Source of the DNA: Nitrospirota bacterium
Lineage (GTDB): Bacteria; Nitrospirota; Nitrospiria; Nitrospirales; Nitrospiraceae
Reading direction: 5' to 3'
Assembly: GCA_963703955.1 (NCBI GenBank)
Contig: CAVPGK010000010.1
Coordinates: forward strand, 237,969-301,968
Length of the DNA stretch: 64,000 bases
Shown here: positions 18,316-27,586 of the stretch, one piece after another
Position numbering within the stretch: position 1 is the stretch's first letter
How the letters are laid out: each line of letters begins with the position of its first letter
Made by a program: the position numbers and the translations under genes
Notes under the pieces: generated by a model
Databases searched by the model: none
The model's input: the letters and a program-made list of their open reading frames with translations, nothing else
Told to the model about the DNA's origin: nothing

Positions 18316-18590
18316 CTGCCAGCGGCAGTCAAACACGTGGGGCGACAGTAGCAGAACCGGAAGCAACAGCAAGGGGGTACCACAACTGCAGTAACTGCCG
18401 GAGTAGATGACTGTCGCAGCGCGTCGAGTGAGTGTCGGCTTCTCCATCCTTGGTAATCAAAAGGCTCTTCTGCTTGGCTGCGAGGAATGGAACGCAGCCT
18501 CGACGGCCTCAACCGCTAGAGCAACGATAGCGCAAGTCGGAGAAACGAGAACGCCCGCGGGCGGCATTGCCCGCGGGCGTTCTTACTATG
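18316..18590 (+). ncRNA. Candidate structured non-coding RNA of unknown family
   Basis: Several nested or serial stems ending in a perfect 15-bp hairpin; no credible ORF. Strand is not certain. Confidence 0.35.
18548..18583. terminator. Strong hairpin, possibly a bidirectional terminator
   Basis: AGAACGCCCGCGGGC-N6-GCCCGCGGGCGTTCT forms a perfect 15-bp stem. Confidence 0.6.
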
Positions 18591-18712
18591 TGCTGTCAGC
18601 TGTCTCCGGGACCCTTCGTTGCTTTCGAACCGCCCATCTCATACAATCTCGTTTCGGCTCACTCCTTCAATCATGGCTGAGGCTGACGGTTGAAAGCTTT
18701 CGAGTCTTCATC

Positions 18713-19723
18713 ATGATCAAAGACGCGATCGCCAAGCTGGCCGATAAGATAGACCTCTCGGAGAAAGAAGCCGAGGAGGTTTTGCTGGAGATCATGAGCG
18801 GGGCCGCGACGGCTGCACAAATGGCGGCCTATCTCATGGGGCTGCGGATCAAAGGTGAGACAGTGGACGAAATTGTCGGATCGGCGCGGGCGATGCGCTC
18901 ACGCGCAGTGCGCATGCAAGTGGCTGATCCGCTTGTGGTGGATACGTGTGGTACCGGCGGGGATCGTTCGCACACGTTCAATATTTCCACGACTGCCGCG
19001 TTCGTCGTGGCCGGGGGAGGGTTGACCGTTGCCAAGCATGGAAATCGGTCGGTGTCATCCCGATGCGGGAGCGCCGACGTGCTGGCCGCTCTGGGCGTCA
19101 AGATCGATTTGCCGACCGACCGAGTCGGAGAGTGCGTCAACGAAATCGGCATCGGCTTTTTATTTGCGCCACTCTTTCATGGCGCCATGAAGCACTGTGC
19201 AGGACCCCGGCAGGAAATCGGTGTGCGAACGCTCCTCAATATCCTTGGCCCCCTCACCAACCCGGCAGGCGCCACCATTCAAGTCTTAGGTGTGTATGAC
19301 TCCAGCTTGACCGAGTTACTTTCCAGGGTCTTGATGCACCTCGGCACGCAGCATTGCTTTCTTGTCCATGGCATGGACGGATTGGACGAAGTGACACTGA
19401 CGGATCGGACTCGGGTGTCCGAAGGTAAAGCCGGCTTGGTCTCCAGTTACTTCGTCGAGCCCAAAGATTTTGGCCTGGAGCGGGCGCGCCTGCGGGACCT
19501 AGTGGGCGGAACAGCGGAAGACAACGCACACATCACACGGGAAATTCTTCAAGGACGGAAAGGCCCCAAACGCGATGTCGTATGCATGAATGCGGCTCCC
19601 GCGTTCGTAGCCGGTCGCAAGGCGAAGACCTTGCAGGAGGGATTTGCACTGGCGGGGCAGGTCATCGATAGCGGAGCGGCTATTGAAAAGTTGGAGCGGC
19701 TGATCGCGTTTACAAACAGATGA
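18713..19723 (+). CDS. trpD: Anthranilate phosphoribosyltransferase
   Basis: DTCGTGGD, NISTT, KHGNRSVSS and GLDE motifs. Confidence 0.96.
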   Translation: MIKDAIAKLADKIDLSEKEAEEVLLEIMSGAATAAQMAAYLMGLRIKGETVDEIVGSARAMRSRAVRMQVADPLVVDTCGTGGDRSHTFNISTTAAFVVAGGGLTVAKHGNRSVSSRCGSADVLAALGVKIDLPTDRVGECVNEIGIGFLFAPLFHGAMKHCAGPRQEIGVRTLLNILGPLTNPAGATIQVLGVYDSSLTELLSRVLMHLGTQHCFLVHGMDGLDEVTLTDRTRVSEGKAGLVSSYFVEPKDFGLERARLRDLVGGTAEDNAHITREILQGRKGPKRDVVCMNAAPAFVAGRKAKTLQEGFALAGQVIDSGAAIEKLERLIAFTNR

Positions 19724-19727
19724 AGAG

Positions 19728-19877
19728 GGGAAGGGTGACATCGTCGAGACCTCGTGCTCGCGCAGCGCGCACACTAAGAAGGTGCTCGCTCGGGAAGGGG
19801 TGCGTCTTGGCGCGCCTGGGGGGTGGGCGGGTGTAATAGGACGCGCGCAGTAACGCCTCGACGATGCCACCCCTCCC
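19728..19877. repeat. MITE-like element with 21-bp terminal inverted repeats between trpD and trpC
   Basis: GGGAAGGGTGACATCGTCGAG ... CTCGACGATGCCACCCCTCCC match at 19/21. Confidence 0.65.
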
Positions 19878-19942
19878 GGAGAATCGGCGATGGGCCTGGG
19901 GGAGAGAGTAAGGAAGAGGGGAAGAGGGTTGAAAGGGAAGAG

Positions 19943-20788
19943 ATGATTCTGGATCGGATTTTGGAACATAAGAAGGCGGAGGTTCGGCACAAGCAGAGTC
20001 GGGGGTATCTGGCTGAGCTGAAGTCGAAGATTCGGGATCGGATGCCGCCGATGGGGTTTTGTGTGACGCTGGAGGCCATGCGGACCCCGTCGAGTCCGGC
20101 GCTGATTGCCGAAGTGAAGAAAGCCTCGCCAAGCCTCGGCTTGCTGCGGGAAGAATTCAAGGACAAATTTGAGCCGGTCGAGATCGCCAAGCAATACCGC
20201 AAGTATGGGGCCTCGGCGGTCTCGGTGCTGACGGATGAGATGTTCTTTCAGGGGAGCTTGGACGACCTGCAAGCGGTCAAAGATCAGGTCGGTTTGCCGA
20301 CGCTGAACAAGGAGTTCATGGTCCATGGCATTCAGTTCTATGAGGCACGGGCGTTCGGCGCCGACGCGGTGCTCCTGATTGTTGCTGCTCTCGAGCGACG
20401 GCAGGTGATCGACTTTCATGCATTGGCCAAGGACCTTGCGCTGGATGTGCTGATCGAGATTCACCATGAGCGAGAACTCGATACGGTGCTGGAATGGCTG
20501 CCAGATGCAAGGCTTATCGGGATCAACAATCGAAACCTCAAGACCTTTTCAACTGATCTGGGCGTCACGCTCCGCCTCGCCAAACGCATTCCTCCCGACA
20601 GGCTGATAGTTAGCGAGAGCGGCATTCACAAGCGCGGCGATGTGCAATGTCTCATTGAAGCCGGCGTGCACGCCATGCTGGTCGGGGAGTCTCTTATTCG
20701 ATCAAATGACGTTGGCGCCAAGGTCAGAGAGTTGCTTGGCAACGATACGAACAGCAAATCTAAGAATGACGACGCTCCTCTTCGGTAG
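19943..20788 (+). CDS. trpC: Indole-3-glycerol phosphate synthase
   Basis: IAEVKKASPS, SVLTD, GINNRNL and VSESGI motifs. Confidence 0.96.
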   Translation: MILDRILEHKKAEVRHKQSRGYLAELKSKIRDRMPPMGFCVTLEAMRTPSSPALIAEVKKASPSLGLLREEFKDKFEPVEIAKQYRKYGASAVSVLTDEMFFQGSLDDLQAVKDQVGLPTLNKEFMVHGIQFYEARAFGADAVLLIVAALERRQVIDFHALAKDLALDVLIEIHHERELDTVLEWLPDARLIGINNRNLKTFSTDLGVTLRLAKRIPPDRLIVSESGIHKRGDVQCLIEAGVHAMLVGESLIRSNDVGAKVRELLGNDTNSKSKNDDAPLR

Positions 20789-20818
20789 AGAAAATCTATT
20801 CAAGCGGCGGAGGCTGTA

Positions 20819-21361
20819 GTGACTGAGAGTGAGGAACGAAAAGCTTTCACTCGTTTTCCGGTTATCTCATACGGCGCAGAGTACCTTGTTATGGGTTATC
20901 TTATGCGGCGAAATATCCTCGCCTATAAGGCACCACCGAACCATGAAGGCTATGATCTAATCTGTATTCATCCTGATCCAAAAGTCGTAGGGTCGAAGAT
21001 ACGTGTTCAAGTTAAGAGCAGGCTTGCTACTGACTGCGATCGAGGCTTCCCTGTCAAGGAACGCAGTTTTGAAGCCTTTGATTATCTTATTGTGACCTTC
21101 CTCAATGTGGGTTACTTCTTCGGCAAGGCGAAAACGCATGGAACCAGAGAAGGTGCTCGGGAACCAGAGTTTTACACTTTCCCCCTGGAGTTTATTCGCC
21201 TCCATCATGATCGTACTAGCTCATGGCAAAAAGTACGGACTCGCGGTCTTGATATAGAGTGTTATAAGAACGAACTCGGCTTCGAGTTGATCGCCAAGGA
21301 CTTGGACATTCGTTACCCATCAAAGTTGAGAAGATTAGAGAAGCGTTCAGCAATTGTTTAG
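20819..21361 (+). CDS. Putative PD-(D/E)XK family nuclease-fold protein
   Basis: GAEYLV...EGYDLI...RVQVKSR pattern (E...D...QxK); visibly more AT-rich than the trp genes. Confidence 0.6.
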   Translation: MTESEERKAFTRFPVISYGAEYLVMGYLMRRNILAYKAPPNHEGYDLICIHPDPKVVGSKIRVQVKSRLATDCDRGFPVKERSFEAFDYLIVTFLNVGYFFGKAKTHGTREGAREPEFYTFPLEFIRLHHDRTSSWQKVRTRGLDIECYKNELGFELIAKDLDIRYPSKLRRLEKRSAIV

Positions 21362-21363
21362 AG

Positions 21364-21843
21364 ATGATGGGCATTCTCGCAGTAACACTCTCATGGATAA
21401 TAAGCGCCGCCGCAATCGCTCAAGTCATCGGTGAAGAAGCCGAGATGGAGCGGTTACAAGGACGCGCGGAAGAGGCGATCGCGAATGGCGATGCGGATGG
21501 CGCTTCCATGAACATGGGGAAGGCGGCGCTCATGGCATCGCAGTTGGCCAAGAAGCAAGATGATCAATCCAAGGCGCAGTGGTACCGTGGCGCTGAAGCG
21601 CTGTTCAGGTCGCAGGAACACGGGTACCGGGCGTTGGCCTTATTCGAGCGAGCCGGTGGGCAGACGCCTGCCTCGTCCGGGGTCTGCGGTAGCATGCGTC
21701 TTGCCAAGCAACACCTCGATCAATCGATCAGTCTATTGGTGGATGCCGCTCCTGTCGATCGCCGATCGAAACAATTGCAGACCACGGCTACGGATTGGGT
21801 CAAGACTCTCGAAGGCATGAACGCCGACTTTCAATGCCGGTGA
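21364..21843 (+). CDS. Exported helical hypothetical protein
   Basis: Signal peptide, Ala-rich helices and two Cys residues. Confidence 0.7.
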   Translation: MMGILAVTLSWIISAAAIAQVIGEEAEMERLQGRAEEAIANGDADGASMNMGKAALMASQLAKKQDDQSKAQWYRGAEALFRSQEHGYRALALFERAGGQTPASSGVCGSMRLAKQHLDQSISLLVDAAPVDRRSKQLQTTATDWVKTLEGMNADFQCR

Positions 21844-21852
21844 TCTCATCTA

Positions 21853-22665
21853 ATGGACGTTGTGCAGACGAAGAAGACCTACACACCGGGCTACAGTGAT
21901 GTAGCAATCCGGTATATGATGAGACGCCATGCTCGCAGAGACGCCGCGTTTCTGCTTCCGCGTCTCCACAAGGGGGTGAGCCTCCTTGATTGCGGCTGCG
22001 GTCCAGGGACAATTTCGGTCGGTCTGGCCGAGAACGTCGCTCCAGGTCCAGTCATCGGTATCGATATTGAAAAAGGGCAGATTGATCTCGCTCGCAGCGG
22101 CGCACAGCAACGTGGTCTGATCAATCTTCTATTCGAAGTGGCCAGCGTCTATGACTTGCCGTTTCGGACTGACGCCTTTGATGTGGTCTTCTCGCACGCG
22201 CTCTTTGAACACCTGACCGATCCTGCCGGCGCGCTCAAGGAGATTCGTCGGGTGCTTCGTCCTGGTGGAATGGTTGGCATCGCCAGCCCGGATTGGGGCG
22301 GCAACATGACCGTGCCCGCTGATCCGGTCGTTGATGAGGCGATTGAACTATACAAGGGTCTCCAGGCTAAGAACGGAGGGAACCCTTACATCGGGCGGGA
22401 ACTCAGACGCCTGCTTGAGGAAGGTGGGTTTTCAGGGGTACGGCTCACGGCGATGTACGATTGCTATGAGGATGTGGAGCTTTTTGCAGAGCTCATTACA
22501 GAGAGAATCCAATCTGCTCGGACATCCGACCGATTGACCGAGGGTGGTAGTTCCGATTCAGCGCGTATCGAGCGCTTGGGCAATGCGTTTCGCCAATGGG
22601 CCAAGCAACCCGGGGTCCTCTACGCTCAGAGTTTCGTCGAAGCAGTTGGGCATGTAGTGAAATGA
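21853..22665 (+). CDS. Class I SAM-dependent methyltransferase (UbiE-like)
   Basis: LLDCGCGPG, FDVVFSH and RVLRPGG motifs. Confidence 0.9.
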   Translation: MDVVQTKKTYTPGYSDVAIRYMMRRHARRDAAFLLPRLHKGVSLLDCGCGPGTISVGLAENVAPGPVIGIDIEKGQIDLARSGAQQRGLINLLFEVASVYDLPFRTDAFDVVFSHALFEHLTDPAGALKEIRRVLRPGGMVGIASPDWGGNMTVPADPVVDEAIELYKGLQAKNGGNPYIGRELRRLLEEGGFSGVRLTAMYDCYEDVELFAELITERIQSARTSDRLTEGGSSDSARIERLGNAFRQWAKQPGVLYAQSFVEAVGHVVK

Positions 22666-23303
22666 GCCTCCTGAAGGTCAAAATCTGCGGGATCACGAAC
22701 CTTGAAGATGCTCTCGCCGCTGTCGAGGCGGGAGCCGATGCGTTGGGGTTTGTCTTGTACAAAGCAAGCCCGCGGTGTGTGGGCCCGGATGTGGTTCGTG
22801 CGATTGTCAAAGTGCTGCCCCCGTTTGTGCTGCCGGTCGGAGTGTTTGTGAATGAGGACCTGAAGGTGGTGCAGGATGTCATGGATTCGTGTGGCTTGGC
22901 GCTGGCGCAGCTTCATGGCGATGAGCCGGCGACCTACTGCGAACAATTAGGACGGCCGGTGGTGAAAGCGATTCGGCTACGCAATGTGGCGAGCTTCTTG
23001 GCATTGGCGGAGTACAAAGGTCGCGCGCAGGTGCGCGGGTTCATCGTGGACAAGTTTTCAGAATCGGCGTATGGCGGAACCGGGGAGGTGGTGGATTGGG
23101 CGCTCGCGGCGCAAGCGGCGCGCACGGCGCCGGTGTTGCTGGCCGGCGGTCTCACGCCTGACAATGTGACGGAAGCCATCCAATACGTTCGGCCCTACGG
23201 TGTCGATGTGAGCAGCGGCGTTGAAGTCTCTCCGGGGAAAAAAGATTACGCCAAAGTGCAAGCCTTTATCCAGGCCGCCAAACTTGCTTCGACCAACCCC
23301 TGA
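22662..23303 (+). CDS. trpF: Phosphoribosylanthranilate isomerase
   Basis: [23 protein letters not shown] and VDVSSGVE motifs; ATGA overlap with the upstream gene. Confidence 0.96.
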   Translation: MSLLKVKICGITNLEDALAAVEAGADALGFVLYKASPRCVGPDVVRAIVKVLPPFVLPVGVFVNEDLKVVQDVMDSCGLALAQLHGDEPATYCEQLGRPVVKAIRLRNVASFLALAEYKGRAQVRGFIVDKFSESAYGGTGEVVDWALAAQAARTAPVLLAGGLTPDNVTEAIQYVRPYGVDVSSGVEVSPGKKDYAKVQAFIQAAKLASTNP

Positions 23304-23320
23304 GCCTATACTGCCTGACT

Positions 23321-24514
23321 ATGAGATCCGCTCCCGATCAACGCGGACGATTCGGAAAATTCGGCGGGCGGTACGTCCCCGAAACCCTCATGCCGGCGCT
23401 CCACGAGCTGGAGCAAGCATATGCGAAGGCGCGCACAGATCCTCAGTACCGGTCCGAATTGGCGCATTATCTCAAGGAGTATGTCGGGCGACCGACCCCG
23501 CTATACTGTGCCGAACGGCTGAGCCGTAAGCTGGGCGGCGCGAAGATCTACCTCAAGCGGGAAGACCTCTGCCATACCGGCGCGCACAAGATCAACAATT
23601 CCATCGGGCAAGCCCTCCTGGCTCGCCGGATGAAGAAACACCGGATCATTGCCGAGACAGGAGCCGGCCAACACGGCGTATCGGTGGCCACCGTCGCCGC
23701 GATGTTCGGGTTGACCTGCGAAGTCTACATGGGCACCGAAGACATGGAGCGTCAGGCGCTGAATGTGTTTCGCATGCGGCTGCTCGGCTCGAAGGTGACC
23801 GGGGTGGACGCGGGAAGCCGGACGCTCAAGGACGCGATCAATGAGGCCATGCGTGATTGGACGACCAATGTCAGGACGACCCATTATATCCTCGGATCGG
23901 TGCTCGGGGCGCATCCCTATCCGATGATGATTCGCGACTTTCAGTCGGTTATCGGGCGAGAGGCCCGCCGCCAAATGTTATCGATGGAAGGCAGGCTTCC
24001 GGACTGTCTCGTGGCATGCGTCGGGGGCGGCAGTAACTCAATCGGCCTTTTTCATGCTTTTGTCAAAGACAAGAATGTGAAGATGGTCGGGGTGGAGGCG
24101 GGCGGCCTCGGCGTCGAAAGCGGGAAGCATGCGGCGCGTTTCGCCGGCGGGCGGCCGGGCGTGCTGCACGGCACCATGACCTATCTTTTGCAGGATGATG
24201 ATGGGCAGATCAACTTGACCCACTCGGTCTCCGCGGGATTGGACTATGCGGCCGTCGGACCGGAACACAGCTATCTGCACGATGCCGGGCGCATTCGGTA
24301 CACGTCGGCCACGGATGAGGAGGCTTTAGCCGCGTTCGATCTGTTGTCGCAAGAAGAGGGCATTATTCCGGCCTTGGAAAGCGCGCACGCCATCGCCGAG
24401 ATCGTCAAGCTCGCGCCCACTATGGCAAAGCGCCAAGTCATCATCGTGAACCTCTCCGGTCGTGGCGATAAAGATGTGAATCAAGTGGCCCGCATCAAAG
24501 GAGTGACTTTGTGA
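23321..24514 (+). CDS. trpB: Tryptophan synthase beta chain
   Basis: [23 protein letters not shown] and NLSGRGDKD motifs. Confidence 0.98.
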   Translation: MRSAPDQRGRFGKFGGRYVPETLMPALHELEQAYAKARTDPQYRSELAHYLKEYVGRPTPLYCAERLSRKLGGAKIYLKREDLCHTGAHKINNSIGQALLARRMKKHRIIAETGAGQHGVSVATVAAMFGLTCEVYMGTEDMERQALNVFRMRLLGSKVTGVDAGSRTLKDAINEAMRDWTTNVRTTHYILGSVLGAHPYPMMIRDFQSVIGREARRQMLSMEGRLPDCLVACVGGGSNSIGLFHAFVKDKNVKMVGVEAGGLGVESGKHAARFAGGRPGVLHGTMTYLLQDDDGQINLTHSVSAGLDYAAVGPEHSYLHDAGRIRYTSATDEEALAAFDLLSQEEGIIPALESAHAIAEIVKLAPTMAKRQVIIVNLSGRGDKDVNQVARIKGVTL

Positions 24515-24682
24515 GAATGCTGAACAAGGTCCCCAGCCCTTGGGTTCGACTTCGCCTGCAGCACTCGCCCGGGAAGAAGCGTGTCCCTCGGGCAAAGCGC
24601 CGGCCTTGGTCGGCGCAGGGTGGGCGGGTGACATAACGCTTGGGGTGGGCCGGGCGCAACAGATACCTTTTTGAGCATCCTC
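24513..24682. repeat. MITE-like element with 18-bp terminal inverted repeats between trpB and trpA
   Basis: GAGAATGCTGAACAAGGT ... ACCTTTTTGAGCATCCTC match at 15/18; shares GGGTGGGCGGGTG with 19728-19877. Confidence 0.65.
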
Positions 24683-24693
24683 CGGAAAAGAAG

Positions 24694-25536
24694 ATGAGCA
24701 ACCGCATAGAAACCACATTCGCTCGACTCAAAGGTACTGCGGAGAAGGCCCTGATCACCTACATCATGGCCGGCGACCCGTCTCTGCACGAGACAGAGAC
24801 GCTTGTGTTGGAATTGGAACGGAACGGGGCCGACATTATCGAGCTGGGGGTGCCTTTTTCCGATCCGATCGCCGATGGGCCGGTGATTCAGAAGGCCGCC
24901 GAGCGCGCCCTGCGGAGCGGTACGTCGTTGCGCCGCATTCTGGATACCGTAGCGTCCCTGCGGGCTCGCACCCAAATCCCGCTGGTGCTGATGGCCTACT
25001 ACAACACGATCCACGCCCTCGGCGAAGGGGCCTTCTGTCGGCAGGCTGCGGCAGCAGGGGTAGACGGACTCATCATACCCGATATGCCGCCTGAGGAAGA
25101 TGCGCTCCTCGCCGCGGCGAGCTGTGAGGGGGGACCGGTATTGATTTATTTACTGGCACCGACCAGCACCCCCACGCGCATGGCGTGGATCGCACGCAAG
25201 TCAAAAGGGTTCATCTACTACGTCTCCTTAACCGGCATTACCGGCGCCAAGCTGACCGACCTCGCAGGAATCAAGCGAAACGTCGCCCGGATCCGCAAAA
25301 CAACGGACGTGCCGGTCGCCGTGGGATTCGGGATTGCCACGCCACAGGATGTGGCGCGAGTCGCTGGCCTTGCAGACGGGGTGATCGTCGGCAGCGCGAT
25401 CGTTCGTCAAATTGAACAGTATCGGGATGATCCTCGGATGCCGCATCGCGTGGGGCAATTCGTCAGGTCTCTGAAAGATGCGACACGGCTCAGGACCGGA
25501 AGGTTCGGCGTGCCGGTCTCCGTGCCCACGACGTAG
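24694..25536 (+). CDS. trpA: Tryptophan synthase alpha chain
   Basis: ELGVPFSDPIADGPVIQ, VGFGI and DGVIVGSA motifs. Confidence 0.97.
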   Translation: MSNRIETTFARLKGTAEKALITYIMAGDPSLHETETLVLELERNGADIIELGVPFSDPIADGPVIQKAAERALRSGTSLRRILDTVASLRARTQIPLVLMAYYNTIHALGEGAFCRQAAAAGVDGLIIPDMPPEEDALLAAASCEGGPVLIYLLAPTSTPTRMAWIARKSKGFIYYVSLTGITGAKLTDLAGIKRNVARIRKTTDVPVAVGFGIATPQDVARVAGLADGVIVGSAIVRQIEQYRDDPRMPHRVGQFVRSLKDATRLRTGRFGVPVSVPTT

Positions 25537-25712
25537 GTCCAGCCACTCTGTCTCATCAATTTGGATACTCTCTGTATCACCTTCGATACGAAAGCGCAGG
25601 ATCGTGGCGAGTCGGTCCACAAAGGGGGAACGGCTGTCACTCGTTTACGCTGTTTACCGGCAGGGAAAATGAGGCGACGCGAAAGATGGCTCCAGATGCC
25701 CGAAGATCTTAT

Positions 25713-26321
25713 CTACTTGGGGATGAGTTTGACCATCTCATCCGCCAGCTCGGAGGCGAGGTCCTTGATGTCCGGCTTGAGAAAGATGTACCCCTCCCTT
25801 TTTTCAAGTTTCCCCTTCCAGACGATCGCTCCGTGTTTGGTATCAACCAGACGAAAACCCATCGAGACCCGGGCGACATTTTCGCCTTCGGCACGGGTGT
25901 ACTCCCACGCGTTTACTCTGACAATGAAGAGGGCCTCCGCCCGTAAGGCCAGCCCTAGTTTCGCAGCTGCCTCCTTATCCGACAGCCCGGCAGTTTCGAG
26001 CAGGGAGAGATAGCCAGCAAAGACCTCTCTCGTCTCGATGGAATTGATGAGGATGCCGTTGACCTGCTCCGGCTCAATCACCTGGGGATAGCGATTGGAC
26101 TTTTTGAGCGCGTTCGTCACGATCTCGTGCGCCAGATCGCGCGATCCTTCCAAGGTGCCGATGATCGGCGGCAGCACCGCGATCGAGGTTGGATGGAAAG
26201 CGGCCGCGCCGGGCCCCTCCCAGGTTTCATGCATCCCTCCGCAACCGGTCAGGACTCCGGTGACCAGCACGATCCATCCCCACATCGCTCGTTTCGTACG
26301 GAGAATTCTCATGGTAATCAA
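25713..26321 (-). CDS. Lipoprotein (CsgG/LpoB-like fold possible)
   Basis: LTGC lipobox; IAVLP and RLVDTKHGAIVW motifs. Confidence 0.7.
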   Translation of the reverse strand: MITMRILRTKRAMWGWIVLVTGVLTGCGGMHETWEGPGAAAFHPTSIAVLPPIIGTLEGSRDLAHEIVTNALKKSNRYPQVIEPEQVNGILINSIETREVFAGYLSLLETAGLSDKEAAAKLGLALRAEALFIVRVNAWEYTRAEGENVARVSMGFRLVDTKHGAIVWKGKLEKREGYIFLKPDIKDLASELADEMVKLIPK

Positions 26322-26326
26322 AGGGT

Positions 26327-27475
26327 TCAGAAGGTCATCGCAATGGAAGCCGAGGCCAGCGCCTGACTTTCACGGAAATCATACCCACCGGCGATCTCCA
26401 CCCGCAAGGCATAGATCCTGAGACCCAGCCCGGCAGTTGGGACAAAGGTCGACGTGGCATCCTGGACGTTCTTGAACACCCCGGCTTGCAGGGAAATAAA
26501 ATTCGACAAGATAACTTGTTCGGCTCCAAGGCTCAGGACTTGACTTCTCACGCCGGGGAGCAGGGTCGGATTCGAGGTGATATCGCCATCAAACGTTATC
26601 GTGAGCGAGTGAGTTGGGTTGATGGCGATGCCCCCTCTCACTTGTGGGGTCACCTTGACCTCACCCCCGTCCGGCGTATCGAAGGTCGGCTGGGTCAGGT
26701 TCTTGCCGACGATCCCGAAGCGAATCCAGGAGGCCGGTCGATAGATGGCACCTAGGTCGAGGCTTACGGCCGTCGACAGCGTCGCTTTTCCCAGGGCGTC
26801 TTTGACGTTGGAATAATCATATGCTTGGGTGACAGGGATTTGGCCGAGGTAGGAGGCGCCCTGAATGATCTTCAGCGAGCCGCCAAGAGAGAAAGTACGG
26901 TCCGCAAAGGCATAGGCGTAAGAAAAGACCACCTGTCGTTGTTCGAGCGCAGTGAGGGCTAGCTGGCCGTTGACGTTCAGGCTGCTGCCTGTATTCGTCA
27001 CCGTTATGGGAGTCGAAACGAAGCTCCCGCCAGTCGCGACATCGGACACGTTCATGCCGAACGCGTGATGGCCGTAAAAGCCTTTGAAATACAGACCCGC
27101 AGCGCCGGCGGTCGAGAGGTTTGCACCGGGTTGATTCAGCTCTGACACGTACCCTTGGAGCTGCGACTGGTTGGCAGCCGATGTATCATTGAAATTCGTA
27201 TCGCTGATACCCTTGATGGCTTGCCCAAACCCGAGCCGGTCAGTGACCTGGCCACTTGCTTGTATGCGGATATCGAGGGTTCTGGACATGGCCAGTCCGG
27301 CCGGATTCCAATAGGTAGCCAGCGAGTCGGTGGTGACGGCCACGCCGGCCCCGCCCATGCCTGTGGCTCGCGGGCCCACGATCACGAATTCCATGGCCTC
27401 ACCCGACGAGGCTGTGGCAAGCCACAGTAGGGCAATCAGGATCGCGCCCAGCGCGGCCTGATGGACTCGTTTCAT
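26327..27475 (-). CDS. TraF/FadL-like outer-membrane beta-barrel protein
   Basis: Signal peptide; GPRATGMGGAGVA...YWNPAGLA N-terminal motif; C-terminal Phe. Confidence 0.75.
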   Translation of the reverse strand: MKRVHQAALGAILIALLWLATASSGEAMEFVIVGPRATGMGGAGVAVTTDSLATYWNPAGLAMSRTLDIRIQASGQVTDRLGFGQAIKGISDTNFNDTSAANQSQLQGYVSELNQPGANLSTAGAAGLYFKGFYGHHAFGMNVSDVATGGSFVSTPITVTNTGSSLNVNGQLALTALEQRQVVFSYAYAFADRTFSLGGSLKIIQGASYLGQIPVTQAYDYSNVKDALGKATLSTAVSLDLGAIYRPASWIRFGIVGKNLTQPTFDTPDGGEVKVTPQVRGGIAINPTHSLTITFDGDITSNPTLLPGVRSQVLSLGAEQVILSNFISLQAGVFKNVQDATSTFVPTAGLGLRIYALRVEIAGGYDFRESQALASASIAMTF

Positions 27476-27586
27476 GCTGGCTCCATCGGTCCAATAGAGG
27501 CTGGATGACACGAGCTGACGAAGAAAACGTACGGCAAAATACCGCTATCGTCAAGGCAACAAAGGCGGACCTTGGCAAACCGGGTG

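Noticed and set aside
18407..18712. N-terminal extension of TrpD, or a classical trp attenuator leader peptide
   Set aside because: TrpD homology starts at MIKDAI (18713), the extension crosses a strong hairpin, and no short ORF with tandem Trp codons was found.
20819..22665. Restriction-modification system (nuclease plus methyltransferase)
   Set aside because: The methyltransferase lacks DNA-MTase catalytic motifs (DPPY/NPPY or PC) and resembles small-molecule UbiE-like enzymes.
24540..24560. GGTTCGAC resembling a tRNA T-loop
   Set aside because: No cloverleaf or acceptor stem; it lies inside the inverted-repeat element.
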